DNA of 64,000 bases. Origin: an uncultured Polycyclovorans sp. (GTDB lineage Bacteria; Pseudomonadota; Gammaproteobacteria; Nevskiales; Nevskiaceae). A program made the position numbers and the translations under genes. Positions 19,837 to 27,615 of the stretch are shown here, piece by piece (the first letter of the stretch is position 1; each line of letters opens with the position of its first letter). Location: contig CAKZHZ010000019.1 of assembly GCA_936928855.1 (NCBI GenBank), forward strand, positions 76,310 to 140,309, written 5' to 3'. The notes under the pieces were generated by a model. That model had not been told where the DNA came from. It did not search any database and was given only the letters and a program-made list of their open reading frames with translations.

Positions 19837-21093
19837 TCAGTGGTCGTGAGCTTCTTCAGCCACGCCCAGCCAGGCAATGCCGACCGGCGCGAAGTCGAGA
19901 TCGACGTGATCGATCACCTCTACCGCTTCGAGATCGACCACGGCGATGGCGCGGCCTGCGGGGTCGGTGACATAGGCATGATCTGCCGAGGCGCTGGTGG
20001 CGATGCGCGCAGCGGGCTGGTCGCCGGTATAGATCTCCGCGCTTCCCTTGGCTTCAAGTCCGGTCGCAGCCGCTTCGAATACGTGCAGCGTCCCGGTGTT
20101 GTCGAGGATCAGCAGATGCTCGCCGTGCGTATCAAAGGTGTGCTGGCGGCGCGTGACGGTGGCGCCCGCTTTCCAGTCGAACGCCGTGGCGGTCGCGGTA
20201 TCGGGATCGACGATGTACAGCGCGTCGTTGTCGGCGCTGCCGGCAAAGGCGACGAAGTAGGGGACCTCGTGGTGGCCGGCCACCTGTGAGATGCGTACCG
20301 GGACCACGACCTTCTGATCGGTGAACGTGCTGCCCTCCTGACGGATGAGGAGGACGCCGTCGCTGCAACCAAAGGCAGTGTGATCCTCGTTGGACGCACC
20401 GCCGTGGAGGTTCAGGCACGGTGTGGCGAAGCGGCCTTCATCGTGAAAGTGATCGCCATGCAGTTCGTACAGCTTCACTGCGCTGCGGGGTGCACTGAGG
20501 GCGGCTTCCTCTGCGGAGTAGTCCGACACGAGCACGAACCCGTCACGGGGCTCGGCGATGCCGTGCACCGCAACGGGCAGCGATGCGGCAGCCACGACGG
20601 TGTTGGTTTCCAGGCTCGCGTCGGTGAGCAGCTCGAACTTTGCCGCTTCGGTGGCATCGCCGTCGTAGAACATTGCGGCTTGATCTTCATGGCGTTGGAA
20701 ATGGGCCGGCTTGGTGCCGAACCGCGTCAGTGCGAGCAGGCTCGGGTCATCGGCATGAAGGTGGTCGTCGTGAAGCCAGACCCCGCCATCGACAAAGTTG
20801 ACCTGTCCCGCGCCAGCCTGAGGAACCACTGCGTAACGCATGCCCGGCGATGCATAGACGGCCGTCGGCGGGTTGCTGAGATCGATCGCGGTGCTGTTGC
20901 GCGCTTCCAGATCGAACACGATGAGTTGATTGGCGCCATCGTCGCGGCCAAAGGCCAGGCGGCCTGACGACTCGGCATGGTCGTGATCGTCGTGGTCACG
21001 CAAGGCATCGTCGTCATTGCAGCCGATCAGCGTCAGCGAAGCGGCGAGCAAGACCAGCTTGATGGGGTGACTGAGAAAGCGTGTTGCATCCAT
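19837..21093 (-). CDS. His-rich periplasmic lipoprotein, YVTN-type beta-propeller-like (putative metal-binding)
   Basis: Lipobox LIGC followed directly by DDDALRDHDDHDHAE. Further HxxH clusters (HDDHLHADD, HGDHFHDEG, C-terminal EEAHDH) and YVTD-like blade motifs. Immediately downstream of the TonB receptor. Confidence 0.65.
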   Translation of the reverse strand: MDATRFLSHPIKLVLLAASLTLIGCNDDDALRDHDDHDHAESSGRLAFGRDDGANQLIVFDLEARNSTAIDLSNPPTAVYASPGMRYAVVPQAGAGQVNFVDGGVWLHDDHLHADDPSLLALTRFGTKPAHFQRHEDQAAMFYDGDATEAAKFELLTDASLETNTVVAAASLPVAVHGIAEPRDGFVLVSDYSAEEAALSAPRSAVKLYELHGDHFHDEGRFATPCLNLHGGASNEDHTAFGCSDGVLLIRQEGSTFTDQKVVVPVRISQVAGHHEVPYFVAFAGSADNDALYIVDPDTATATAFDWKAGATVTRRQHTFDTHGEHLLILDNTGTLHVFEAAATGLEAKGSAEIYTGDQPAARIATSASADHAYVTDPAGRAIAVVDLEAVEVIDHVDLDFAPVGIAWLGVAEEAHDH

Positions 21094-21203
21094 GGGGTTC
21101 TCCTGGCGGTCAGAAACGGACAGCCCGACAGCCACAGGCCTTAGGCGAATCGATCCCCGTGAGGGCGGGCGATATCGGCATGTGCCTGCGGCACACGGGC
21201 CTG

Positions 21204-23420
21204 TTACGGGGAAGTGAAAAAGTCGAACCGAAGACCCGCGAACACGGATCGGCCCGGTTGCGGCGAAATGTCCTTGAGGAACGAAGTGCTCAGGCGCTGT
21301 TTTTCGTCGAGCAAGTTGCGCCCCTGAAGGTAGAGCGTGGCCTGCAAGCCGCCGCGTTCGAGGGTGTACCCGAGATCGGCATTCACCAGGTCGTGCCCCG
21401 GGGTGTTGGTCTCGAGCGGGGCCAGCCGATCCTGCTCCATCACCCGGATGTAGCTGATCGCCGCCGTGATCGGCCCGTAGGCTGCATCGGCCCCGATGCC
21501 AAGCCGCACCGGGGTCATGCGAGGCAGCGGAATGCCACCGTCGCGCAGCTCGCCGCGCACGATATCGCCGAAGCCGTTCAGGCTCAGTCGGAGGGGGCCG
21601 TCCTGCAGCAGGTGGAACTCCGATGACAGCTCGGCACCGTAAAAGTCGGCATTCTGCTGCACGAAATCCAGCAACAGCAGTTCGCCGTCAGGCGAGTGCT
21701 GCCCGCGCTCATCGACACGGTCGGCTTCGCCGTCTGAAACGGCAGTGCCGCTGCCGTCGGCGTTGAGGCCCTGGTCAACTTCCTGCGGGAAGATGTAGTC
21801 GTCGATGCGGTTGTAGAACACCGACGCCTCCCAGGTCCAGCGGCCATGGTCCAGGCCGATACTGAGATCGAGGTTGTTGGCGGTTTCGGGATCCAGCTGC
21901 AGGTTGCCGCGTTCGAAGGCCTGGGTAGCGAGGTGGGGGCCGAAGGCGAACAGTTCCTCGGCAGCCGGTGCCCGTTGTGCACGTTGCAGATTGATGCGCA
22001 GATGAAGGTGGTCCGCCAACTTGATGTGGGTGCCGGCAGACAGACTCACTGGTGTGAAGTCCTGGCGATTGTCGTTTGCGACATCCGCGTCGTGCCGAAC
22101 ACGGTCGATACGGGCGCCGAGCTCGAGGTGGTGATTTCCCAGCGCCAGGCCCTCCACCAGAAAGATGCCGAGTCCGCGGGTGACGACCGGAGGTACAAAG
22201 GCTTCCGCGCCCTCTGCAACGAAGTCGCGGTCACTATGGTGTATGCCCGCCACGCCGACCCAGCCGGCCAAGGGGCGATGCGCAAGTTCCACTCGGGACT
22301 CGCTTTCGTTCACATCGAAGCGGGTTCCGACAGTCCCATCGGGCTCGACTTCAAGGTGGGTATAGTCATTGAAGCCGGCGCGAACTTCGAGGCGTTCGAA
22401 TCCGGGGAGTGGGTCGAGTAGCAGGCCGCGCAGGTCGGTCCGCGTCTGATCGAGGTCGATGCGAATGTCCCCGTCCTCATGTCCATGGTCATCTCCACCC
22501 GGGGTGCCGCCATCATCCTCGTGGGCATGGGAATGCCCGGCGATGCCGTAGTTGGAGGTGAAGCGCCGAACCGTAACACCGGCCATGCCGCGATCCTGCA
22601 CCCAGGCGGCGGATGCACCGTGGCTCTCGGTGCGGAGGCGGCTGTTTTCAAGGACACCGTAACGTTCGGGCTCGTCCGCGTGCGCATGGTCGTGGTCGTG
22701 GTCGTGCGCATCTTCTGCGCCTTCCCGCGTGGCATAGCCCGGGATCTCGAAATCGCCAGCATCACGGTCGCTGAAATCCACGCCGAACTGCAAGGCTCCC
22801 AGGCCCCATCCCAGCCTGAGCGCATGGTTGCGCTCGTCGCCGTTGCTGCCGTACGAGGTATTGCCGCGCAGCCGGAGGCCGGGCGTGACGTGATCCGGGA
22901 GGCGGTCATCGACGACGTTGACGATGCCGGCGGAAGCACCACCGCCGTAGATCAAGGTGGCCGGGCCCTTGATGACTTCGATTTGATCCGCGTTGAGAGG
23001 GTCGATCGACACTGCGTGATCGGCACTGATCGACGAGGCATCCATGGAGGCAATGCCGTTCTCGAGCATCTGCACGCGTGGCCCACCCTGGCCACGGATC
23101 ACCGGGCGCCCGACGCCGGGGCCGAAACTGGCGCTTGCGATCCCCGGCCGAAGGTTGAGTACGTCGCCGAGTGTGCCGCGCCGGTTGCGTTCCAGGGTTT
23201 CACCCGACAGGACGTCGACACGCTGCACCAGCTCGTCGGCGGTGCGCTCGAAGGCGCCCGAGCGCACGACGATGGTGTCCAGAGGGGTGGACGCCGTGGG
23301 CGGCGTATCGGCTCTGACTGCTCCGGGGAAGCTGGCGGCCAGCAGTGCCAGCAAGGATGCGCGCCTGAGGCCAGGGACGTAGGCGCGGCGTGGCGCCGTG
23401 AAGCGGATAGTGGGTTTCAT
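21204..23420 (-). CDS. TonB-dependent receptor with His-rich loops (ZnuD-like)
   Basis: Plug and barrel sequence with a TonB-receptor-type C-terminus. His-rich stretches EDAHDHDHDHAHADE and HSHAHEDDGGTPGGDDHGHEDGD. Start at MKPTIRF. Confidence 0.85.
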   Translation of the reverse strand: MKPTIRFTAPRRAYVPGLRRASLLALLAASFPGAVRADTPPTASTPLDTIVVRSGAFERTADELVQRVDVLSGETLERNRRGTLGDVLNLRPGIASASFGPGVGRPVIRGQGGPRVQMLENGIASMDASSISADHAVSIDPLNADQIEVIKGPATLIYGGGASAGIVNVVDDRLPDHVTPGLRLRGNTSYGSNGDERNHALRLGWGLGALQFGVDFSDRDAGDFEIPGYATREGAEDAHDHDHDHAHADEPERYGVLENSRLRTESHGASAAWVQDRGMAGVTVRRFTSNYGIAGHSHAHEDDGGTPGGDDHGHEDGDIRIDLDQTRTDLRGLLLDPLPGFERLEVRAGFNDYTHLEVEPDGTVGTRFDVNESESRVELAHRPLAGWVGVAGIHHSDRDFVAEGAEAFVPPVVTRGLGIFLVEGLALGNHHLELGARIDRVRHDADVANDNRQDFTPVSLSAGTHIKLADHLHLRINLQRAQRAPAAEELFAFGPHLATQAFERGNLQLDPETANNLDLSIGLDHGRWTWEASVFYNRIDDYIFPQEVDQGLNADGSGTAVSDGEADRVDERGQHSPDGELLLLDFVQQNADFYGAELSSEFHLLQDGPLRLSLNGFGDIVRGELRDGGIPLPRMTPVRLGIGADAAYGPITAAISYIRVMEQDRLAPLETNTPGHDLVNADLGYTLERGGLQATLYLQGRNLLDEKQRLSTSFLKDISPQPGRSVFAGLRFDFFTSP

Positions 23421-23482
23421 GGAAGCGGTCCTGCACACACATCAGGGTGTGCCGAGGCACACCGGAAGTAGTCGACGACGGT

Positions 23483-23785
23483 TCAGACGTCGGTGTGTGG
23501 AGGGCCGCGAATCTGTTGCAGCCGTGCGTGTGTCCCGGGCGGGGCGAAGGAGCCGAAGGAGTGGGGCGCTTCGGTCTGCCCTGCCCAGGTCGCCGTGGAG
23601 GCGGTGCAGGGAAGTGCCCCCCCGTCGGCGCCCGAGGCGTGCAGGCAGTACGTGCAGGTCTGTTCAAAGGTCAGCGCGGGATGCGCGTCGTGCTCTGCAT
23701 GCGCGTGCGCGTGCGCCACGGTCAGCCACTGGCCGGCCAACAGGGCCAGCACCAGGACCAGTATTCGGCTCACGGGCGTACGCAT
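23483..23785 (-). CDS. small secreted His/Cys protein (possibly DUF2946-like)
   Basis: 100 aa with a signal peptide, then HAHAHAEHDAHP and a CTYC..C Cys motif. Sits 62 nt upstream of the TonB receptor. Confidence 0.5.
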   Translation of the reverse strand: MRTPVSRILVLVLALLAGQWLTVAHAHAHAEHDAHPALTFEQTCTYCLHASGADGGALPCTASTATWAGQTEAPHSFGSFAPPGTHARLQQIRGPPHTDV

Positions 23786-23805
23786 AACGTAATCTTATAA
23801 CATCT
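23783..23805. promoter_or_regulatory. AT-rich motif overlapping the small-protein start codon (candidate Zur/Fur-type operator)
   Basis: cataacgtaatcttataacatc is a conspicuous AT-rich stretch in a high-GC context. It contains a TATAACA half-site and overlaps the RBS and ATG of the metal-uptake operon. It does not match the Zur or Fur consensus well. Confidence 0.25.
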
Positions 23806-23865
23806 CGTCAGCGGCGCACGCACGTGAACCGTGCCGGGTTGACGCCTGCGGCGTCGGCGTCGGCG

Positions 23866-24225
23866 CTACGGGGTCAGAATTCGGACCTGGTCGGCATCGA
23901 TCTCGGGATCGCGCAGGCGGCGGGTGTCGATCTCGCCCACGATCTCGATTTCGGTTTGCTCGCCAATCTGCGCATTGGGAAAGTCGTCGTCATCAATCTC
24001 GACATCGATCTCACCACTCCCATCGGTAAAGCGATAGGTGTCCTCATCAATCTGGCGGATGAGGCGGCCACGCAAGGTGACCTGCTGGTCATCCTTGCCC
24101 TGACTCAGGACGAGACCGACGGTGTTCAGAACGGGGCGTTGCCCGGGGCCTTCGTACTGGGCGTGAGCCAGCGGCAGGGCCAGCAGGGCGGCGGCGCCGA
24201 GGGACAGGGTTGCATTACGGATCAT
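23866..24225 (-). CDS. BOF (YgiW/YdeI, DUF388) periplasmic OB-fold protein
   Basis: Signal peptide MIRNATLSLGAAALLALPLAHA. A ~100-aa mature region with VTLRGRLIRQIDEDTYRFTDGSGEIDVEIDDDDFP, typical of BOF proteins. Confidence 0.75.
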   Translation of the reverse strand: MIRNATLSLGAAALLALPLAHAQYEGPGQRPVLNTVGLVLSQGKDDQQVTLRGRLIRQIDEDTYRFTDGSGEIDVEIDDDDFPNAQIGEQTEIEIVGEIDTRRLRDPEIDADQVRILTP

Positions 24226-24321
24226 GAGAGACTCCAGTGGAAAGTGGGCCGGGTCCCCGGGAAATGGATTCGCCGTGGTACCTCGGTGCGTCAGCATCCT
24301 GGGGGCGCTGCCCTCAGCGTT

Positions 24322-24353
24322 TCGTGAACAATGCGTTCACGAGATATTCACGA
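24322..24353. promoter_or_regulatory. candidate OmpR-family response-regulator box (inverted plus direct TTCACGA repeats, 11-bp period)
   Basis: TCGTGAACaatgcGTTCACGAgataTTCACGA lies in the divergent BOF/PepSY promoter region, 22-53 nt upstream of the PepSY start. Confidence 0.35.
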
Positions 24354-24374
24354 TGCTGGCGTCATAACGCGCTG

Positions 24375-24707
24375 ATGAACCGTTCCCGTGGTGCCCTTTC
24401 ACTGCTACTTGCCTTCCTGGCGCTGACGCTGTCATCGCCTGGCTGGACTGATGACGATGATCGTGACCGTTTGCGAGACGCCGTCCGTCGTGGGGAAATC
24501 CTGCCGCTGTCGACCATCCTTGAACACATCAACCGGGACTACCAGGGTGAGGTGATCGAAGTCGAGCTGGATGAAGACGATGATCAGTGGGTGTATGAGA
24601 TCGACCTGCTGGCGCCTACCGGCGACCGCATCGAGTTCGAGTTCGATGCCCGCTCGGGGCGGCTGCTGGAGGTCGAGGGCCGCAATCTAGAGCGTGTTCG
24701 CCGGTGA
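24375..24707 (+). CDS. PepSY-domain periplasmic protein
   Basis: Signal peptide, then LPLSTILEHINRDYQGEVIEVELDEDDDQWVYEIDLL, a PepSY-like sequence. Its stop overlaps the GTG start of the response regulator. Confidence 0.65.
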   Translation: MNRSRGALSLLLAFLALTLSSPGWTDDDDRDRLRDAVRRGEILPLSTILEHINRDYQGEVIEVELDEDDDQWVYEIDLLAPTGDRIEFEFDARSGRLLEVEGRNLERVRR

Positions 24708-25369
24708 GGGTGTTGATCGCCGAGGATGATGACGATCTGGCGCGCGGTCTGGCGCAGGTGCTCGCGCGCGCCGATTTCGTCGTCGACCGGAGCGGCAGCG
24801 GTGATCAGGTCGACTTCCTGGTTCGCACCGAACACTACGATGCGGTGGTGCTGGATCTGGGCCTGCCCGTACGGGACGGCCTGTCGCTGCTTCGGGAGTG
24901 GCGGGAGGCAGCGATCGCCGTGCCGGTCCTGATTCTCACAGCGCGCGGGCGTTGGCCGGACAAGGCGGCGGGCTTCTCCGCTGGCGCGGATGATTTCGTT
25001 TCCAAGCCCTTTGAGCCGATGGAGGTGGTGCTGCGGCTGCAGGCCCTGATTCGTCGCAGTCGTGGCGAGGCGCGAGTGGTACTGCAGTTCGGGGAGGTGG
25101 TGGTGGACTGTGGACGAGGGGAGGTCAGCGAGCGTGCGATGCCGGTGCCGCTCACCGCGCAGGAATACAAGTTGTTGGTGTATCTCGCCCTGGCGGCCGA
25201 CCGCGTGGTCAGCCGGACGGAGTTGAGCGAGCACGTTTATGAGCGTGACCGGGATCCCGACTCGAATGTGCTGGATGTCCTGATCGGACGCATTCGCCGA
25301 AAACTCGACACGCCGCTGATCGAAACGGTGCGGGGCCGTGGCTTTCGCGTCCGGCGGCAGCCCGCATGA
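24704..25369 (+). CDS. OmpR-family response regulator
   Basis: Receiver domain (MRVLIAEDDDDLARGL...DAVVLDLGLP...) and a winged-helix output domain (LTAQEYKLLVYL...GRGFRV). Confidence 0.9.
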   Translation: MRVLIAEDDDDLARGLAQVLARADFVVDRSGSGDQVDFLVRTEHYDAVVLDLGLPVRDGLSLLREWREAAIAVPVLILTARGRWPDKAAGFSAGADDFVSKPFEPMEVVLRLQALIRRSRGEARVVLQFGEVVVDCGRGEVSERAMPVPLTAQEYKLLVYLALAADRVVSRTELSEHVYERDRDPDSNVLDVLIGRIRRKLDTPLIETVRGRGFRVRRQPA

Positions 25370-26721
25370 GGGTCTCGATCAGCACCCGTCTGCTGATCGT
25401 CACGACCCTGACCGTGATGCTCGCCCTGCCGGCGGCCGGGGCCCTGTTGTCGGATGCTTTTCGGCGGGCGGTCGGCGTGGCCCACGATCAACGGTTGCAG
25501 GCGCTGGTCGAGACGCTTGCCGCCCGACTCGAAGCGCCTGCGGGTGGTGGGCTGCAACTCCGCGGTACGGTCACCGAGGCGCGCTACGCCCAAGTCTATT
25601 CGGGCTGGTACTGGCAGGTGGTGCAGCGGGATCGCGTGGTCGCCACTTCACGATCGCTGTGGGATGCCAGTCTCGATGTCCCGCCGCTGTCCAGTCCGCT
25701 GGTCCAGGGCGCGATGACCTTGCGCGGGCCCATGGGCGAGGCCTTGCGGGGCTATTACCTGCGACTGCAGCTGGCCGGTAGCCCGGCACCGGTCGAACTC
25801 GTGGTGACCGAGCCTCATGCAGCACTGGATGCGGAAGTGACCGCCTTCAACCGGCTGCTGTGGTGGGGATTGGGCACGCTGGGCGGGCTGCTCCTGCTGT
25901 TGTTCGCGGTGCAGGTGCGCTGGGGATTGCGCCCCTTGCGGCGGATGCGTGAGGATCTGGAGGCGGTTCGCGATGGGGCCAAGCCGCAACTGGACACCGC
26001 GCTGCCCCCGGATCTCGCGGGACTGGCCGAGACGCTCAACGATGTGCTGGCGCATCAAGTGGCGGTGGTGACTCGGGGCCGGACCGTCGCCGGGAACCTC
26101 GCGCATGCGCTCAAGCAACCGTTGGCCACGCTGCGGCTGGCGGCGGCGGAAGCGGCGCCTGATCGCGCTGTGCTTCGGCGTGCACTCTCCGAGATCGACG
26201 CCACTGTCGACCATCATCTGGCGCGCGCCGCTGCGGGTGGAGCCGCCGGAGGGCGCTATCGCAGGGTGGACCTTCGGCAGACGCTGATGCCCGTTGTGGA
26301 GGCCGTTCGTGCCCTTCACGGCGGGCGGGGGAAGGTGATCGATGCCGCGTTGCCAGACGATGTCGGCGTGTCGATGGAGGCGCAGGATCTGCAGGAGCTG
26401 GTCGGAAATCTGCTCGACAACGCTGGAAAGTGGGCCGCCTCGCGTGTACGGCTGTCGGCACGGGCCGACGAAGACCACATCGTTCTCTGGGTGGACGACG
26501 ACGGGCCGGGTCTGCGGCCCGATCAGCGCGACGGAGCCATGCAGCGGGGTGTTCGCTGGGACGAACGGCAACCCGGCAGTGGCCTGGGGTTGGCCATCGT
26601 GCAGGATCTGGTTGCGCTGTATGACTGGCGCCTGGCCCTGGAGGACAGCCCTTCGGGCGGGCTGCGTGCGCGGCTGACGGGGCCGGCGCCCCGCGTTCGC
26701 CGATCCGCCGGGGCCCGCTAA
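25366..26721 (+). CDS. sensor histidine kinase
   Basis: Two TM segments flanking a periplasmic domain. H-box LAHALKQPLATLRL, then N and G boxes (LLDNAGKW, DDDGPGL, GSGLGLAIV). ATGA overlap with the response regulator. Confidence 0.85.
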   Translation: MRVSISTRLLIVTTLTVMLALPAAGALLSDAFRRAVGVAHDQRLQALVETLAARLEAPAGGGLQLRGTVTEARYAQVYSGWYWQVVQRDRVVATSRSLWDASLDVPPLSSPLVQGAMTLRGPMGEALRGYYLRLQLAGSPAPVELVVTEPHAALDAEVTAFNRLLWWGLGTLGGLLLLLFAVQVRWGLRPLRRMREDLEAVRDGAKPQLDTALPPDLAGLAETLNDVLAHQVAVVTRGRTVAGNLAHALKQPLATLRLAAAEAAPDRAVLRRALSEIDATVDHHLARAAAGGAAGGRYRRVDLRQTLMPVVEAVRALHGGRGKVIDAALPDDVGVSMEAQDLQELVGNLLDNAGKWAASRVRLSARADEDHIVLWVDDDGPGLRPDQRDGAMQRGVRWDERQPGSGLGLAIVQDLVALYDWRLALEDSPSGGLRARLTGPAPRVRRSAGAR

Positions 26722-26731
26722 ACTGTCGGAC

Positions 26732-27607
26732 ATGCCCGCCGCGTCTCCGTTTCGAGATTACATTGCCCTGACCCGACTGGATCGGCCGGTCGGGATCTGG
26801 CTGCTGCTGTGGCCGACGCTGTGGGGGCTCTGGTGGGCTGCGGGGGGCTGGCCGCCGTGGCCGGTGCTGCTGGTATTCGTATTGGGTACCGTGCTGATGC
26901 GGTCGGCGGGGTGCGCCATCAATGATGTGGCGGATCGCAAGGTTGATCCGCACGTCCGGCGCACGGCCGACCGGCCCATCGCCGCAGGGCGGCTGCGTCC
27001 AGGCCAGGGCGTCATGGTTGCCGTCGTGTTGACCCTGCTGGCGCTGTTGCTGCTGCTGAGTCTGCGCAGCCTGCCGGCACTGCTGTGGTCAGTGCCGGCG
27101 GCGATGCTGGCAGGCGTCTACCCGCTGATGAAGCGCTATATCGACCTGCCGCAGGCGGTGCTGGGCCTGGCCTTCAGCTGGGGCATCCCGATGGCCTGGG
27201 CGGCGCAGGGGGGCGATGTGCCGATGTGGCCGGTGCTGCCGCTGATGCTCGCCAACGTCTGCTGGGTGGTGGCCTATGACACCTATTACGCGATGGCGGA
27301 CCGCGAGGATGACGAGCGGGTCGGTGTCCGCTCCTCTGCACGCCTGTTCGGCCGGCACGCGCGAGGCGTGGTGCTGTTGCTCAACCTTGTCACCGTCGCG
27401 ATTTTGGCGGTGATGGGGATGGTTGCCGCGCGTGGGCTCCCGTTTGCGTGCGGATTGGGGGTGGCGCTGTGGTTGATGGTCTCGGCGCATCGTGCCACCC
27501 GGTCGGGGGGCGCCGAGGCCTGTTTCGCGGCATTCCGCCGCAGTCACTGGCAGGGCGCAGCAGTCTGGGCCGGCCTGGCGCTGGATCTGGGCATCCACGG
27601 GGTTTGA
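26732..27607 (+). CDS. ubiA: 4-hydroxybenzoate octaprenyltransferase
   Basis: LTRLDRPVGIWLLLWPTLWGL...NDVADRKVD, the canonical UbiA sequence. Confidence 0.9.
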   Translation: MPAASPFRDYIALTRLDRPVGIWLLLWPTLWGLWWAAGGWPPWPVLLVFVLGTVLMRSAGCAINDVADRKVDPHVRRTADRPIAAGRLRPGQGVMVAVVLTLLALLLLLSLRSLPALLWSVPAAMLAGVYPLMKRYIDLPQAVLGLAFSWGIPMAWAAQGGDVPMWPVLPLMLANVCWVVAYDTYYAMADREDDERVGVRSSARLFGRHARGVVLLLNLVTVAILAVMGMVAARGLPFACGLGVALWLMVSAHRATRSGGAEACFAAFRRSHWQGAAVWAGLALDLGIHGV

Positions 27608-27615
27608 GGGGCGGG

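Noticed and set aside
23783-23805. Canonical Fur box
   Set aside because: Alignment to GATAATGATAATCATTATC gives only about 10 of 19 matches. I kept it only as a generic AT-rich candidate operator.
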